From Podarcis melisellensis (lineage: Eukaryota), in assembly GCA_964234715.1 (NCBI GenBank), contig OZ174278.1: a stretch of DNA of 64,000 bases; one strand, written 5' to 3'. The notes below the pieces were generated by a model. The model was not told where the DNA came from. It made no database searches and was given only the letters and a program-made list of their open reading frames with translations. Shown in pieces: positions 10,395 to 23,665 of this stretch. The first letter of the stretch is position 1. Every line of letters starts with the position of its first letter. The position numbers and the translations under genes were made by a program.

Positions 10395-13300
10395 CATAGC
10401 CCTATCCTCTTTTACATTTCCATAGCTTCAGGACTTTTTGAAATATATGTCATTAGTGAAGACAGAATCCTAATCTAAGAATGCCCATCACCTTCCTATG
10501 TTCTCAGTTCATCACTTTAGCATGCGGCCAGTGTTCCAAGAAAAGTCAGGTATCTATTCTACTGGAATATTCACTCATACTAGCAATGGAAAGTAGTGCT
10601 GTGCTGAAATCCGTATATATGTGTGAGTATTACTTTATAGTAAGCACTTCTCCAGCAAAATCCAGTCTGCCTGATCCGAAAAAAGCCCTATTGGAAAAGT
10701 TATAGCATAAGGCTTACATCTTGTCTTTAACTGAAGTGCAGGCACCACTTCTGAGTTCAAACTGTGATTTGTAGAATGAAAGGACTCTTTGGCCATTGCA
10801 AAGGTAGTCCCAGGAAAACCCTACTGCTCTTTAATCATGAGAATTTCACTGGAATTTTATGGAGAATAGTGGGAGAAATTCTGGTATGCCATGTAATTTA
10901 AAGCTACTGCAGGTTAAAAACTCAGACATCAGAGTTGCTCAATCAAAAACACTGCGAGGGTACACCTTATTTAGGGATGAGGCCAAACGGGGATTTTAAA
11001 TTAAACATATAGGCAGTGTGAATAAGTCCACTTACACCCAGTTCAATTATTTTCCAGACATTGCCTCAAAAGGGTGCAAAGTTATTTACCATTGAGAGTA
11101 AATAGATTCTAATATTGAATTTTTATAATTGTCATCTGCCCTGGACCAGGAGGTAGAAGCAGAAGCAGAGGAGTAGGAGAATACAGTTTCTTTAGCACAT
11201 AGCCAAATTTGTACTTTTGTGATGACACCCCAATCACTAGACCCCTCCCCCCAAAAACTGAGATGTTCATGTAACCATTTACAGGAAGAGAAAATAGTAA
11301 ACATAAAAGCATGGTGCCGAAGCTGCAGCAGATTTGGGGAAATGATGGCATCAAACAGGCTGTGAAAGGTGGACATTCTCATCGTGTAATCACTATTTTT
11401 GCCTTGAATTTTAAACAGTTAAGGATTTGCTTCAGCCCTAATCCAGCTCCTCAAATTACCCACAATGCAGATGCGCCATTCAGGGTGAAAGAAAAAGAGT
11501 AAAATCTCAAAAATTAGCTTTGCAGTGATGCAGCTGAAGATTTACTTTGAATTGCACAACATTTATATTCAGCATTTTCTCTCCCCTATTGTGTGCTTTA
11601 TTTCCTCCTTCTAATTAAAACTGAAGAGTGCTATTTTTTACTGATGCATCATGTAGCAAACTTCCAAGACTTTCCCAAGGCAGCTGAAAGAATATTTTTT
11701 GACTAGAGGGAGCACTAAGAGAACTAATTAAGGAAATGGAGCAATACAAATGTTCCCAGGCTACTTCCATCGGCCATGTTACAGGGACTAGGCACATTCC
11801 CCAGGTCCAGTTTTGTCATGAGTTCTGAGCACGATTGACTGTTTAAATTCACTGTAGACTTCTGTGCTTAACCCTAGAGTTCCCACTTGAACAAATGTGT
11901 TGTACCCTTAGAGCAAATAAGGAAGGGTAAGTAAATTAATGAACTGCTTCACCCCTCCCTATAACACCTGGATCCAAGTTTCAACTTTAAATATCAATTC
12001 TATTGTGACTACAATAAAGTCTAGTGTTGTTTACCCTAAATTAGTGCCCTTCATATATTTTGGATTACAACTCCCGTCGTGGCTATGTGTGTTGTAGTAC
12101 AAAACCTCTTGAGGGCACAAAGTTGGGGAGTGATGGTCCAGTGAAACCAGTCATCAAACTGATAGCTTTTTGCCACCTTCCATTTAATCTCCTGAATTAT
12201 TGTTTATATATAAAAAGTGTAATATATGCAAAATATTTGGAAACAGAATACTGGCAACTCTCTCTAACTTTACTCTTCATTAGTTGCTTCTGCTAAATAT
12301 TCCATATCTGTACCATAGTATTTGGAATCACCCCAGTTTTTTAGCACTTTCAAATGTTGATCCTTTGAGACTCCTTTCTAAAAGAAATATGTATAGATGC
12401 ATAATTTACCCAATTTAGTCGGATCTTAGAATCCAGGCTTTCTTGATGCAGAATCAGAGACTTGTCTAAAACCCAGAACGAATACATTTTCAATGAGCTT
12501 AGCTATCCCGTTTGTCTTAACTGGGGGAAACTTTGCTGCTGTTCACAACATATGACTGCACCAGGTACTAAAAATTATTTTGCTTTTGAATGAACCTATT
12601 CTCTTTAGGCAAATCACAGTGGTACAGGTTCTGCTCTTGTTTAGTGTCAGATGGTCTATTGGGTACATCACACAGAGAATTCCATTTGCAATGTAAATGC
12701 ATCTGGTGCTACCAATAAGCCAAAGGGAGGTTATTTCAGTCTAACAGAATGTCTAGGCTACTGTATGTAGGTGGATCATATTTATTCTATGAAAAATCGT
12801 ATTTATCTTTCTCTTTCTGTTTGTGCATTGGTGGAGAGAGATTTCCTGCAAACTTTAAATAGTTATTTCTGAATGTATTATAGATTGAATTTCAAGAAAA
12901 ATGTGAACATTGACAGCATTTTTTATTATTTTAAAAACATCATAGCATAACTATCAATTACGGTAAGTCAACTAATCGCCTGTTCTTAAGTAAAGGGATT
13001 TGTTCTTTTGACATGCATGTAATACTTACCTACACTTGTTTAAGTGTTCTTAAGATATGGAATGAAGGAAGCAATTTAATGGATTTGAAAGGAGGGACTC
13101 AACTTCAACGTTCTGAACAAATTGGAAAATGACACTCTCTCCCACAATATAAGTTGACTAGTTCTAAAGTAATTGCTAGGAGTGCATAAATCAAACTTCC
13201 TACCTTATATCTTGGGACTGAGCTATGTTCCTTCTGACCCACATACCTGAAAGATGTGCCAAAGAGTCTCTGTCACTATCATAATCATATATGGCCTGTG

Positions 13301-13569
13301 AAGCTTGTGGCCTAAAGCAGATTCCTTTCTCAGATTAGGGAAGCTATGAGTGGTTGCTAAGCTTACCTTCACCATTATGATACAGAAGAGTGTTTACCAA
13401 TGCACCAGATACATTCCTTCCAATCTGTACTACACCTTCCAGTTGTGGTCACTGAAAACAAACAGACTAAATTGGTCCAAGGGGAGGCACTTAAAATGCA
13501 TGCTGCCATACACCTCTTCCGCCAGCTATCTGCACCTCATGTTCCATCCTAATACACAATGCAATTAAG

Positions 13570-13812
13570 TTGTTTGAAAATTCAGGACAGATAAAAAAAG
13601 TAGGTTTTCACAGAGCACATAGTTAAACTATGGAACTTTCTCCTACAGGAGGCAATGAAGGCCACCAGCATGGATTGCTTTAAAACAGCATTGGAAGAAT
13701 TCAAGGAGGATAAGACTAACAATACCTACTAGTGATGGCCATGCACTGCTTTGTGGTTTCTCACAGGCATCTGTGGCCACTGTGAGAACAGGATGATGGA
13801 CTAGATGGGCCA
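13570..13812 (+). mobile_element. CR1 LINE 3' fragment
   Basis: Decayed FRTDKK...IVKLWNFLLQEAMKATSMDCFKTALEEFKEDKTNNTY*, then the 3' UTR motif ggccactgtgagaacaggatgatggactagatgggcc. Confidence 0.82.
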
Positions 13813-16800
13813 ATGTTGATGCTGATTTCTTTTCCAGATGACTTATCTCATAAATTAGCCAAATTCCACAGAGAGTATCCATGCCAGCACTGTGTGTTCT
13901 TCCTAGCCAGAGGAATTGGTATGAAGGCTCCCAATGTGTCTGGCCTGATCCATGAAGTGTGCAACTTGCAAAACTTCAAGGACGCAACTTCAGGGCCCAT
14001 GCTATTATTCCTCAGGTGCTCCTCTATCTGTTTCTATGCAAAACTAATATTGTCCACAATATTACTTCCCCCCCCCACAGCATGATTGATAGGTGTCAAG
14101 CCCGGCCTGACAGGGATGGGAAAGGTACACACTGACCAGATGCAGGCCCCTTCTCCTGTTTGAAGCAATCCGAAGCTGGGGGGGGGGGAAGCAGTCCATA
14201 GGCATGACACAATAAGAAAAGCACCAATGACCTTGGTGAATTTCCCACTCTTATAATCCTTTCTGTGTTATGATGACAATTTGCTTCTCTCAGTTCAATC
14301 CCACTTATATCCCCCGCCCCAATACAGACCTTATCATCTGTGTCCTAATTTCCATGGGGACCATCAAAAATTTCTTTTAGGCCAAAACAGTCAATATATT
14401 CTCACTTTGTTGTTGAAGAAGAAATAGCACAATGTTTCAGCTTAATAAAAACTATCTTCTAAAATATTTATTGCATAACATGCCCATGATCTTTATTTGC
14501 AGAATTAGTCACAAGGATAACACACAAGGGTAATCTTGATATATTAATGAACTGTTTTAGTACTACTGGTATTTTGACTTTGGGAAAAGATTCCACAGCT
14601 CTATAAACCATGAATCTTTCATGTTACAGCCCAGTTTTAATGACTGAACAGAATATTAAAATAATTTATTGTGGAATAGCAGCACAGAGAATTAATTGTA
14701 GGAGCAAATTGCTTCCAGCCATTGTCAATTGGCCATTGGCCACTATAAATTTGGTTGTTGTTGGCTTTGTTTGTTCCTGTTCATTCAGAACTTTAACAGA
14801 AATGATGCAGACAAAACACCTTTTTGTCCAAACACTGCAGAGGACACAGTCCCACATTAGCAGGTGCCCCAAAATGCATTAGTATAATCTATAAGGATTC
14901 CTGAGCTTAGAAATGTTTTATAAATATAGTTTTTTTATTATTTAATGTATCCACAAACAGCACCCCTCGATCCACTCAAGCACACTTGGTAGGTAGAAAT
15001 AATCTTCTTTTCACTTAGCTGCAGCTGTTTGGAGAACTGTAATGGTGGGCTTGCTCTTGCTATTCCCACAGGATAGAACAAGTTGAAAAGAACCTTTTAG
15101 GTTATTTAGTTATGCCTCAGAAGTAGCTGCCACCACGTCTGTGCTCTTCTTATCCCTTAAACTGCAGGCACTTCATAGATGGATAAATGAATTTAAGGTT
15201 AGATAAATAGTGCTTGCAAGCCACGGTACTCTGCCAGGCATGGGCCCCATGTCCATATCATTTCTATAACTCCTCAAAAGCTTGTAGAATGGATGAATGT
15301 TTAAGGACAAGGTTGAGAAAAATTGTGGGAGTCAGCCAACAGTTAGTCAACTTTAATATTCTAATTCAAGTTCTTGATCAAAAGTCTCAAGACAAAGGAA
15401 TATGAAGGAATCCCAAGCCAACCTTCATGAATCTAGTTTTTAGTTAAGTTAAGTCTTTAAGAAAAGTATCATTTTTGTGTATAGTGCTCTGGAAGACCAA
15501 CCAAGCAACAGTCTCAGGCCAAAGGAAAGACAAAGTCATACTCAATCCACCCAATTTTATGGTGTGTTCCAGATAGGGTTCAACATAGATAGGGAGAGGC
15601 ACCCAATCAGATAGTGTGCTAGAGTGTGCCAGCATCAGCACATATGTAGGATTGAAATACTTATCATTTAACTTAGCTAGGGAAGGAAATTCAAACCTGA
15701 GGACATACCTCTTTTACCTCCCTGCTAGTCGGCATCCAGGCATAGTTCATCCTACAAGACATGCTGCCTTTTCTTTAATGGAGAATATATTTTGATGGAG
15801 AAAATGTGGAGTTTATTTCTTTAATTTTATTTTTAAAATATAGATCCAATCTTTGTTCATTAACCTCAGGTTGCAATGGAGAAAACAAACAGAGTAATCA
15901 ATATTAAAACCAGTTAAAACCATCAGTTGGCTTACATTTGTCAGGAAAGTCCTACTCATATATGAATCCTGCATTGCACAACTGGTGCATGCTCAGCAGA
16001 CACAGCTGCATACAAAGAATCTGTTTGAAAAATAAAAATAAAAAATGCTTATCAGATGTTTATCAGCAAATGTATGTGAAGAATGATAAGATTCACCCCC
16101 TCTTCCCCATTATACAGACCTGCCAACCAGGTCTCTTTAAAACTTTTTACTTGTGCAGTGAATGGGCAGTACTTTGGAACAGGATAACTGAGCTTAGAAA
16201 TATAGTAAACTCAGATTACTGTGAGATGTATTTATTATAAATTTTTATTTTTAGAACTATATTAAAAATAGTAATATTAATAAGAGTAGCAACATATGCA
16301 AATATATTCACAAAATCTTCAGATTGATCTCAGGAGATAATACAGTATCTGGTTTAATATGGTGTATGACATCCCCTTTCCCTCTTCCTCTTAGTAAGCA
16401 GCAGAGGTCCCACTAGCAGGAAGGTAGTATGGCAGCCTTGACCAACCAGGAGAGCTACCCCTGATTTACTATAAAGAACAGGGAGTATGGTAACACAAAT
16501 TTGGCTGTGAAGTAAACTTCCAACTGGATTTATGTTGCCCCGTCAAAAGGCACTTAAGATAAAAAGAGATGTGGGTTCCTTTTTTAAAAAGTAAATGTGA
16601 GATATGAAAGTCTGGATAAAACTGTATGCCTGAGAGGATCTGGAAGATTGACTTGTGTTGCCCTCTGGGCAGCCTAAGGACAACAAAACAGTGCCAACAT
16701 TATTTTTGTGCAGCTTCTTGAAGGTCAACACGCATCCATCAGCCTTACAAATAGTTTTAATATCAAATCAAACTGGTGTTTACACAGAGTATCTGACCTT

Positions 16801-17412
16801 CAAAGCAACTTCAAAATTGCGGTCACTGGGAGAGTTTGAAGAAGAGTTCCACACCACATAAATTATCTGAAAACAAATTACACCCAGAAATATTCTGTTA
16901 AGAAGAGAAACAAGGAAAAGTTCTCTTATAAAAAGAAGAAATCTGAGAGATCCACATTCAACTTAGCCACAGATGACAGATAAAAATTGTGTTAATCTTC
17001 TCCTAGGTCAAGGCTGTGCTGCTGAGGCAAAGTATCTGTTGCTGTTACTGCATTTGAACATCAGCAGCAAAAGTTGTGACAATGAAAATTATTAGATGAG
17101 AAATGGAAATGAGAGGTTTTTTTTCCTTTCAAAAAAGTATTTTTGGTACTGTAGAGCTTTCTGAATATGATAGACAGATCTGAAGAGTCATTTGAACATG
17201 GAAAATGGCTCACTTTGAAGGAAATGCAAGGAGGATAATGAAAAATATATTTCTTTCTGAAATGTTTCAGTATAATATTTCAGTTCCTAAAAGATTCTTG
17301 TCACACTCTGAAATTTCCACTTCCTTCCAAGGTTTGAGGTCCTAGTTTGTATTAATCCCTTTGTCTGCTTTGCCATAGCAGATGACATGGTGGGGCTGCC
17401 CCACTCAGCTCA

Positions 17413-18222
17413 TTGTGGTTCGAGGACCTGACCCCCGCGATGTGGAAGGAATACACAAGGACACGTGATATAAGGTTAATGGGCAAGGAAAGGGCACAAC
17501 TTTATTGATTACAGCAGTGAAAAGGTATTGGCTTAGGCATTGGATTTCTGAAACAAGTGGGTTTATTCACCAGTAGGTGGAGCCTGTTGATGCTAATCCA
17601 ACTATAGGCTCACCCCTGATGTCACCGAGGGTCGTGCCATGGCCTCCCGCCAAGCAGGCATCGGACAGAATACACGACCGCCAGATTCCTTTAACCTAAT
17701 ACCCCTAAAAATTGAAGGCATAGGCGATGGCCACACCTAGCTCTTCGACACAGCACATCACATTATTCCAATGCCTAACCGCCACCCGAGCTCCAGGGCT
17801 CGCCGCCAATACCCTCAGGGCTGTAACCAATCCCGGATGCTATTGATGACACTATCTAACCAAATGTCGTTCCCCAGGTCTGATAAATGCACCCCGTTTC
17901 GGGCGGCCAGCTGCGGCCTCGCGCCTAACCTTGGTCTACCACCTGGAGTTCGAGTTTCCTGGTTTTCAAGAAGAGGCATGCGCTGGGTCGAGCTTATGCC
18001 ATTGCTGTGGGAGAGACGACGAAGGATGAGGCCGGGCGAAGGCTGGCGCCGCAGCAAAAGGCTGCTGAACACGCCCCCCTCAGGCACCTGGTTGGATGCC
18101 TGCTGAGGGGCGTGGGTGCCAGCCAGGTGAGGTGGAGGCAGGGGGCTAACGCCCCCTGCTAGGGTCGGTGCTCGGGCTCCCGCCCACAACCACTCCCCTC
18201 TCTTGCAGGGAGGAGAGTCTTT
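17413..18222 (-). mobile_element. Internally deleted and rearranged Ngaro/DIRS-like (tyrosine-recombinase) retrotransposon relic with SGNH-hydrolase remnants
   Basis: 17413-17780 and 18013-18222 align closely with 44289-44654 and 44844-45055. The minus strand at 17815-17901 encodes RNGVHLSDLGNDIWLDSVINSIRDWLQP*, resembling SGNH block V (DGVHL). There is a minus-strand AATAAA at 17501-17506 and no TSD. Confidence 0.72.
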
Positions 18223-18279
18223 GTCTGCATCATTGCTGCGTACTGAGACAAAGTGGAAAGAGCTAAGCAGCTTCATTTG

Positions 18280-18418
18280 TTTGGTTTGTTTCTCTTCTTA
18301 TTTTTATTATCTATTTTTGTGGGATTTTTATATTGGAATTTTATGCTGTGAACTGCCCTGAGAGCTATGGATATAGGGCGGTATACAAATTTAATAAATA
18401 AAATAATAATAAAATAAT
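18280..18418 (+). mobile_element. L2-like 3' end with (AAT)n tail
   Basis: tgtgaactgccctgagagctatggatatagggcggtatacaaatttaataaataaaataataat: a terminal stem-loop (ctgccct/agggcgg) plus tail. Confidence 0.65.
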
Positions 18419-18751
18419 TACCTGTCCATGTGTGCTAATTTTACAAACCAAGAAATCTGTAGCAGTATGTATGGTGGGAAAGAGCCAGCCTCCTGAATTT
18501 GGCATTGCTTTGCTTTACCTGGACAGGGCTGGCAGTGAGGTAAGGTCTATGTGGATATACTGATGGAGCCACTGTCAGCAAACCAGTGGTCCTCCCCCCT
18601 CAATACACCCACATGGCTCTAACCTTGTCCTTGCTCTAGCGCTGACCAGGTATCCATCAGTGTTGCCAGTATCAAGAAGGCAGCTTCATGGCTTTGCCCC
18701 ACTCTAGGCACCACCACTGCAAGAGTCCATCCTCAGGATCTCATAATAGTT

Positions 18752-18966
18752 ATATATATTTACATCCCAACTTTCCTCCACGGAGCTCAAGGTAACATAA
18801 ATGGGTCTCCTCTCTGCATTTTAGCTTCAAAATTATGCTGTAAAGGTAGATCGCACTGGGAGATGACTGGCCCAAGGTTACCTTGTGAGCTTCATGGCCA
18901 AGTAAGAACTTAAACTTGGTACTTTCCAGTCTGACCATGGCAATTTAAGAACTACACTCCACTGGC
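18752..18966 (-). mobile_element. Older, diverged tRNA-derived CORE-type SINE, related to 6257-6504
   Basis: Shares atgactggcccaaggt(t/c)acc and the terminal actaca...cactg with the SINE at 6.3 kb. Confidence 0.7.
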
Positions 18967-19169
18967 CTGAAGTTAACTGAGTTATGTTAAGCAATCCTGA
19001 ATGTATGCATTCTTGAGCATTATAATAGATCAGTTAAAGCTATATTTATGCAAGCAATTTCCACCCCCAGAATCCTAACACCCAGTGGGAACAATCCAAT
19101 ATGGTACAGTCTGTTTATTATAGGCCAGGCTCTGGACTGAGGAGAAGCAACTCAGTATTGTCTATACAA

Positions 19170-19303
19170 GCTATGGGGAACTAATGTCCCTTCACATGTT
19201 GTGGGTTTATGGCTCCAAACAGTCCTAAACATTGGCCATTTTAGCTGGGGATGTTGGGAGCTGGAGTGCAAAGACACCAGGAAGACCACAGATTCCCCAT
19301 TCC
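19170..19303. mobile_element. Old short palindromic hAT-like MITE; relatives at about 34810-34930, 35482-35605 and 61088-61280
   Basis: ggggaact...gattcccc ends with a degenerate internal inverted repeat; relatives carry ggactaca...tgtagtcc arms. Confidence 0.45.
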
Positions 19304-19314
19304 TAATTTATACA

Positions 19315-19425
19315 GACTATTCAGGGTTTCATATGGAGTGTCTCCCAGTCCTACTTGGGGATACCAGGGATTAAACAAGGGGCCTTCTGCACAGAATGCA
19401 TGTCCTTTACCACTGAAATACATCG
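19315..19425 (-). mobile_element. Decayed tRNA-headed SINE
   Basis: The minus strand reads tcagtggtaaaggacatgcattctgtgcagaaggccccttgtttaatccctggtatc, a decayed tRNA A/B-box head; a similar head lies at about 56992-57046 (+). Confidence 0.5.
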
Positions 19426-21169
19426 CTTCTCCACTGCCTATTATTTCTGCCTTGCTATACAATATAGGTTTTTGATTGTACAGTGCTTTGGGTGCCTTCA
19501 ATGGCAGAAAGGTAGCTATAAATAAATCCGAACACATAGTGAAACACACTATGTCCATGACATGTATTTTCTGCATTTCTCATATTCTAAATTTGCTAAA
19601 AGCTGTGAAATCTCTGTTACTGAACATGCTATGCCACCTATTGCACACTGTGCAAAATGTGTCCATTTCTTTACAAAGATGGATATTCAAGTTCCACTTG
19701 AGACAAGAAATCGAAGGAGACAGTTGCAAACACAGAATGGGAGGAAAGGTGATGATATTTTGCAAAGAAGAGGAAGAAGAAATAATGTTGCTACTTCATG
19801 AAAGGCTCAACATGTCTCAATTTGATTTATGCTATTCTGCCAGTAATTCTCCAGGTGATGTACCGTCTACCTGACATGACTATGACTATTCATGAATGCC
19901 AGTTTTGCCAAGCAAGATGTTTAAATGAAAGCTGATGAGGCAATGACCCACTAAGAAACTTGAGATGGAAAAGAATCGGGAGGAGCATCTCCAGTTCATT
20001 CTTATGCTAATTACTGAAGTGAAAGCTTGCACTTCTGAGGATCAGAGGCTGTGCAGGTAATATAAATTTATCATGATGGGTGTGTATAATAAAATGCATT
20101 TTTCTGATTGAGTGTAACAAGTCACCATCTTCCAGTTTCTGAAGGCAGGGCATACACAATAAATAAAATATAAGCTATTTCATGAAGTTTACATGCTGCA
20201 AAAATCCAAAAACATCTTAACAGCAAAAGCTGCTTTGAAGATCTATCATATACATACTACCGCAGATGCATTTAAGCTGATTTTATCATTCATAAATTTT
20301 ATCATTTCACACTGGCATGTGTATGCCTGGAAGAAGTCCACCAACAGCTTCTTTACCGCATGCCCATTCAATCTAAAATTGATCGTGTGCATATTGTTAT
20401 GTTGGTAACATTAGGTCATAACTATAGCCAAGAATCAAGTTGTGTTGAATTTTTTAAAAAATAATACATACATACAATAGCAGATATAACTGCTCTTTAG
20501 CTATACTTTATTCTCTGAATAAAATTATTTCTCTGACTAAAATAGGTATTTTTCATTTGATTTAATATCCTTTACACTTGCCTACCCTCAGGAAAATAAT
20601 AGGCCAATCAGTTTTGCTTTGGAAAGGGCAAATATTGATTAATGAAAATATGCAAAATCTGAGTGCTTTCCATTTAAGAAGCACTTTGTATAGAATAAAA
20701 AGAACATTAAGTTAGTGCAAGTTTTATTTTTCTGTTTTTAATAGTCTCATATTGGAACATTGCTGCAGATAGAATATTTGAATTATTTGGCTGATTTTCA
20801 TAACTCTGAAATACTTTGATCTACTGTTGTATTATGAATTCATTTTCCTCACAAAGACAGCAATGTAGAAAACCAAGCGCACTAAAAGAATTTGGAATGC
20901 CAGAATAAATATCAGATGCATGTAATTCTAAATCATTTCAAGTTAATTTTACCCTATTTCTAAAGATTTGTCTTTTCCTTCAATATTCCTAGGCTTACAT
21001 TTTGATTCTAAAACCAAAACCTGTTTCATCCTATTAAATATTATGGTTGGAGCAAATCACTGGATTAAGGTAACTGAATACAGTCCAAGTTCTGGAATTA
21101 AGTTCAGAAATTTCAACTAACTGAAATACAACTGACTGATTTCAATTGTCGGATCCCCTAAAAAATGCA

Positions 21170-21276
21170 TGGGAGGAGCTTCCTGCAGCCAATCAGAAGC
21201 TGCACTTTGGTTTCTGAACATTTTGGAATTCGGACTTCCAGAATGGATTCTGTTTGACTTCCAAGGTACTACTGTA
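21170..21276. mobile_element. One end of a Tc1/mariner (Tigger-like) MITE
   Basis: Ends ...gacttccaaggtactactg followed by TA, a degenerate TIR of the cagtggtacct type; contains gcagccaatcagaagctgc. Confidence 0.5.
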
Positions 21277-23106
21277 TAGGGTCCCCACAATAAATAGTGT
21301 TTAACTTTGACATTATGTGGCTTTTATTTCCTCAAAGCCCTGCAAAACTACTCAAAAACTCTGTGTGGCTTCCGCCCACTTTCTCTTGTGTTACCAAGAA
21401 GTTAGAGAAAGCTGGCCTTGAAGAATATGAGGCAGTGATATTTAGATATCAAGTAGTTTTATTACAGCTATCTGTAGTGTTGATGTTTGAGGCTTTTGGG
21501 GTTGGTTCCCCCTGCGCACATCTTTTCTAGGCTCCAGATCTAAAGCTAGAATGCAGACGATTGGCCCCAGGAACCAAATGCAGCCCCCTGGAACTTTTTA
21601 CTTGGCCTGTGGGAATCTCAGGCCACATCCACCATGGAAACTGCTTGTTTGGGTGGTTCCAAAACTTCTTTGACCCACGGACCACTTGAAATTTTTGGAG
21701 GGACTTGGCAGACTGACTATTGCAACAATTGCAGTGTGCTGTGCTGGATGTCATATGATTTCCAATTATATTTTTACTGCTTATTTCTTTTCTTATATTA
21801 TATTTCAGTGTATTGCACTTTTGAATTCCATAAAATTCAAATGATAATGCAACAAAATGCAATATGAAAAATAAAAGAAGCAATAAAAATTCAACTAAAA
21901 ATAAATATGCATTTTTAATGGCAGCATGTGGGACACTTGAATGAAGTACATGGACCAGCCACAGTTTGGGAACCTTTGATCAAGAGCAGACAATGGCTAT
22001 CAGGTAGCAGTCCAGAAACAATAATAGCATATTATTTGGTTTTCTCTAAACATGATTTCCAGGAATGGTGTTTCTGTGTGTTTGGGGTTTATTAGGTCTG
22101 TTGGAACAAAAAATCAATAACATCATCTCTTCACCACCATTACTCTTCTATTTCAATATGCAAGCTTAGAAGAATCTGAAGGTGTACTATTGGAAAGTCA
22201 TGCTCCTCTGATGCTACTTGCCAGGTGGAGGAGAGCTGCTACACCAGCTTCCCAGCATGTGTATCACTGTTGTTTACTGAGAAGGAGAGATACCAAGTGG
22301 TGAAGAGGTCAATGAAGTGTAAACACACTGACAGGAGAGCCATATTTGTTCCACCAATGCATTTACACCACAATGAGTTCCTTTTGCCTCAAGCCATCCC
22401 ATCTTCCTGCTTGTAAGCAACAATGAATATAATGTACCAGCTTCATCTCACCAGGAGCACCATTTCTGTTACATGAGGAACAGTGGGCAGGCCTGGACAA
22501 CCTCCCATGTGAACTGAAGATGCACCTTGAAATTTAATCCCAGAATTCTACGCAGTTGGCACATCTTAAGGAACATGCAGGGTAGACAAGTAAATGCAGA
22601 AAGAATTCCTGAAGGTAGAAAGTTTGAAAACTAATGACTTCATGTCTTAAACATTTTGAAGTAGCAAAAGTCAACACAGAAGCATGAAATGTTAATAAAT
22701 GTGCAGAACAAGACAGACCTCTAATACATTTATTTAAGCAATGGAGGTTGGACATTAGCAGTCATTTTCTATAATTTATTCAAGGGCATTCCTGCTGTGG
22801 CTAATTTTTTGCCAAATCCATTTCCCCCCCCCCCCTGAATAAAGTACACTTTCAAAAAATACTTTCCATCTCCTACATTTTCCCCTCACTTGATTACTGT
22901 CATTTTGAAAATTTTACAGCGTACAAGCTAATCAAAATTCACAGAACAGATGTCCTTTCTTTCAGCATTTGGAAACTGATGATGCCGCAGAAGAAAACAT
23001 TTTGATGCACTGAAAATGTTTTAAGTGGACTTGAAGGCGAAAAAAACTTAAAACTTCAACTCTGAAATCCGCAACCAGCTAATATTAAGTACTTGAGCTC
23101 TTAAAG

Positions 23107-23400
23107 CAGGGGAACCTCAGGTTCAAGGAGTGAACATAGTCATCTATGCATCTCTATCCCTTGGGGTTCTCCTTGCCATTCCCTTTCCACAGAGCACCCA
23201 TTCACCAGCCCTGCTCCACACCCTTCTTAAGTAATTTTGCCTGACTGGAATGTGCCTTTGAACTGTGATGATGGCTTTTCTAGGTGTAAAATAAAAAAAA
23301 GAGAAGTGTGTGGGTCTCTATAGAAATCTCTGCCTTGTGTGTCCTGAATGTAGTCTTCTGAATGAATGTAATACTATTGCTATGCCCACTTTTCTTCTGG
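23107..23400 (+). mobile_element. Old hAT-like MITE
   Basis: Starts caggggaacctc and shares gccctgctccacaccctt...aatgtg with 29405-29455. Confidence 0.55.
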
Positions 23401-23665
23401 CCCAACACAGAACGTTGGCGCTGAGGAAATGCTGGAAAATGGCTGGAAAATGGCTCCCTATGCCCGGTGTAAAATAAACATTATGTATTGCGTGTGTTTT
23501 TAATATATGTATTCTTTGTTGGTGTAATTTGGGAATATGTGCAAAATTGCATTAACTGCTTGGTTTGTCTCCGGTTGCCCTTCTCCCGTGTGTGATTTCT
23601 GTTCAGGGCTAGGGCGACAGCTGGGGTGAGCCTTTGGAAAGAGCTAAAGGCTAAAGGCCTCTAGC

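Noticed and set aside
16798-16867. Minus-strand exon-like segment (ttttcag ... aag|gtcaga)
   Set aside because: 70 nt with a stop in all three frames, and a weak donor site.
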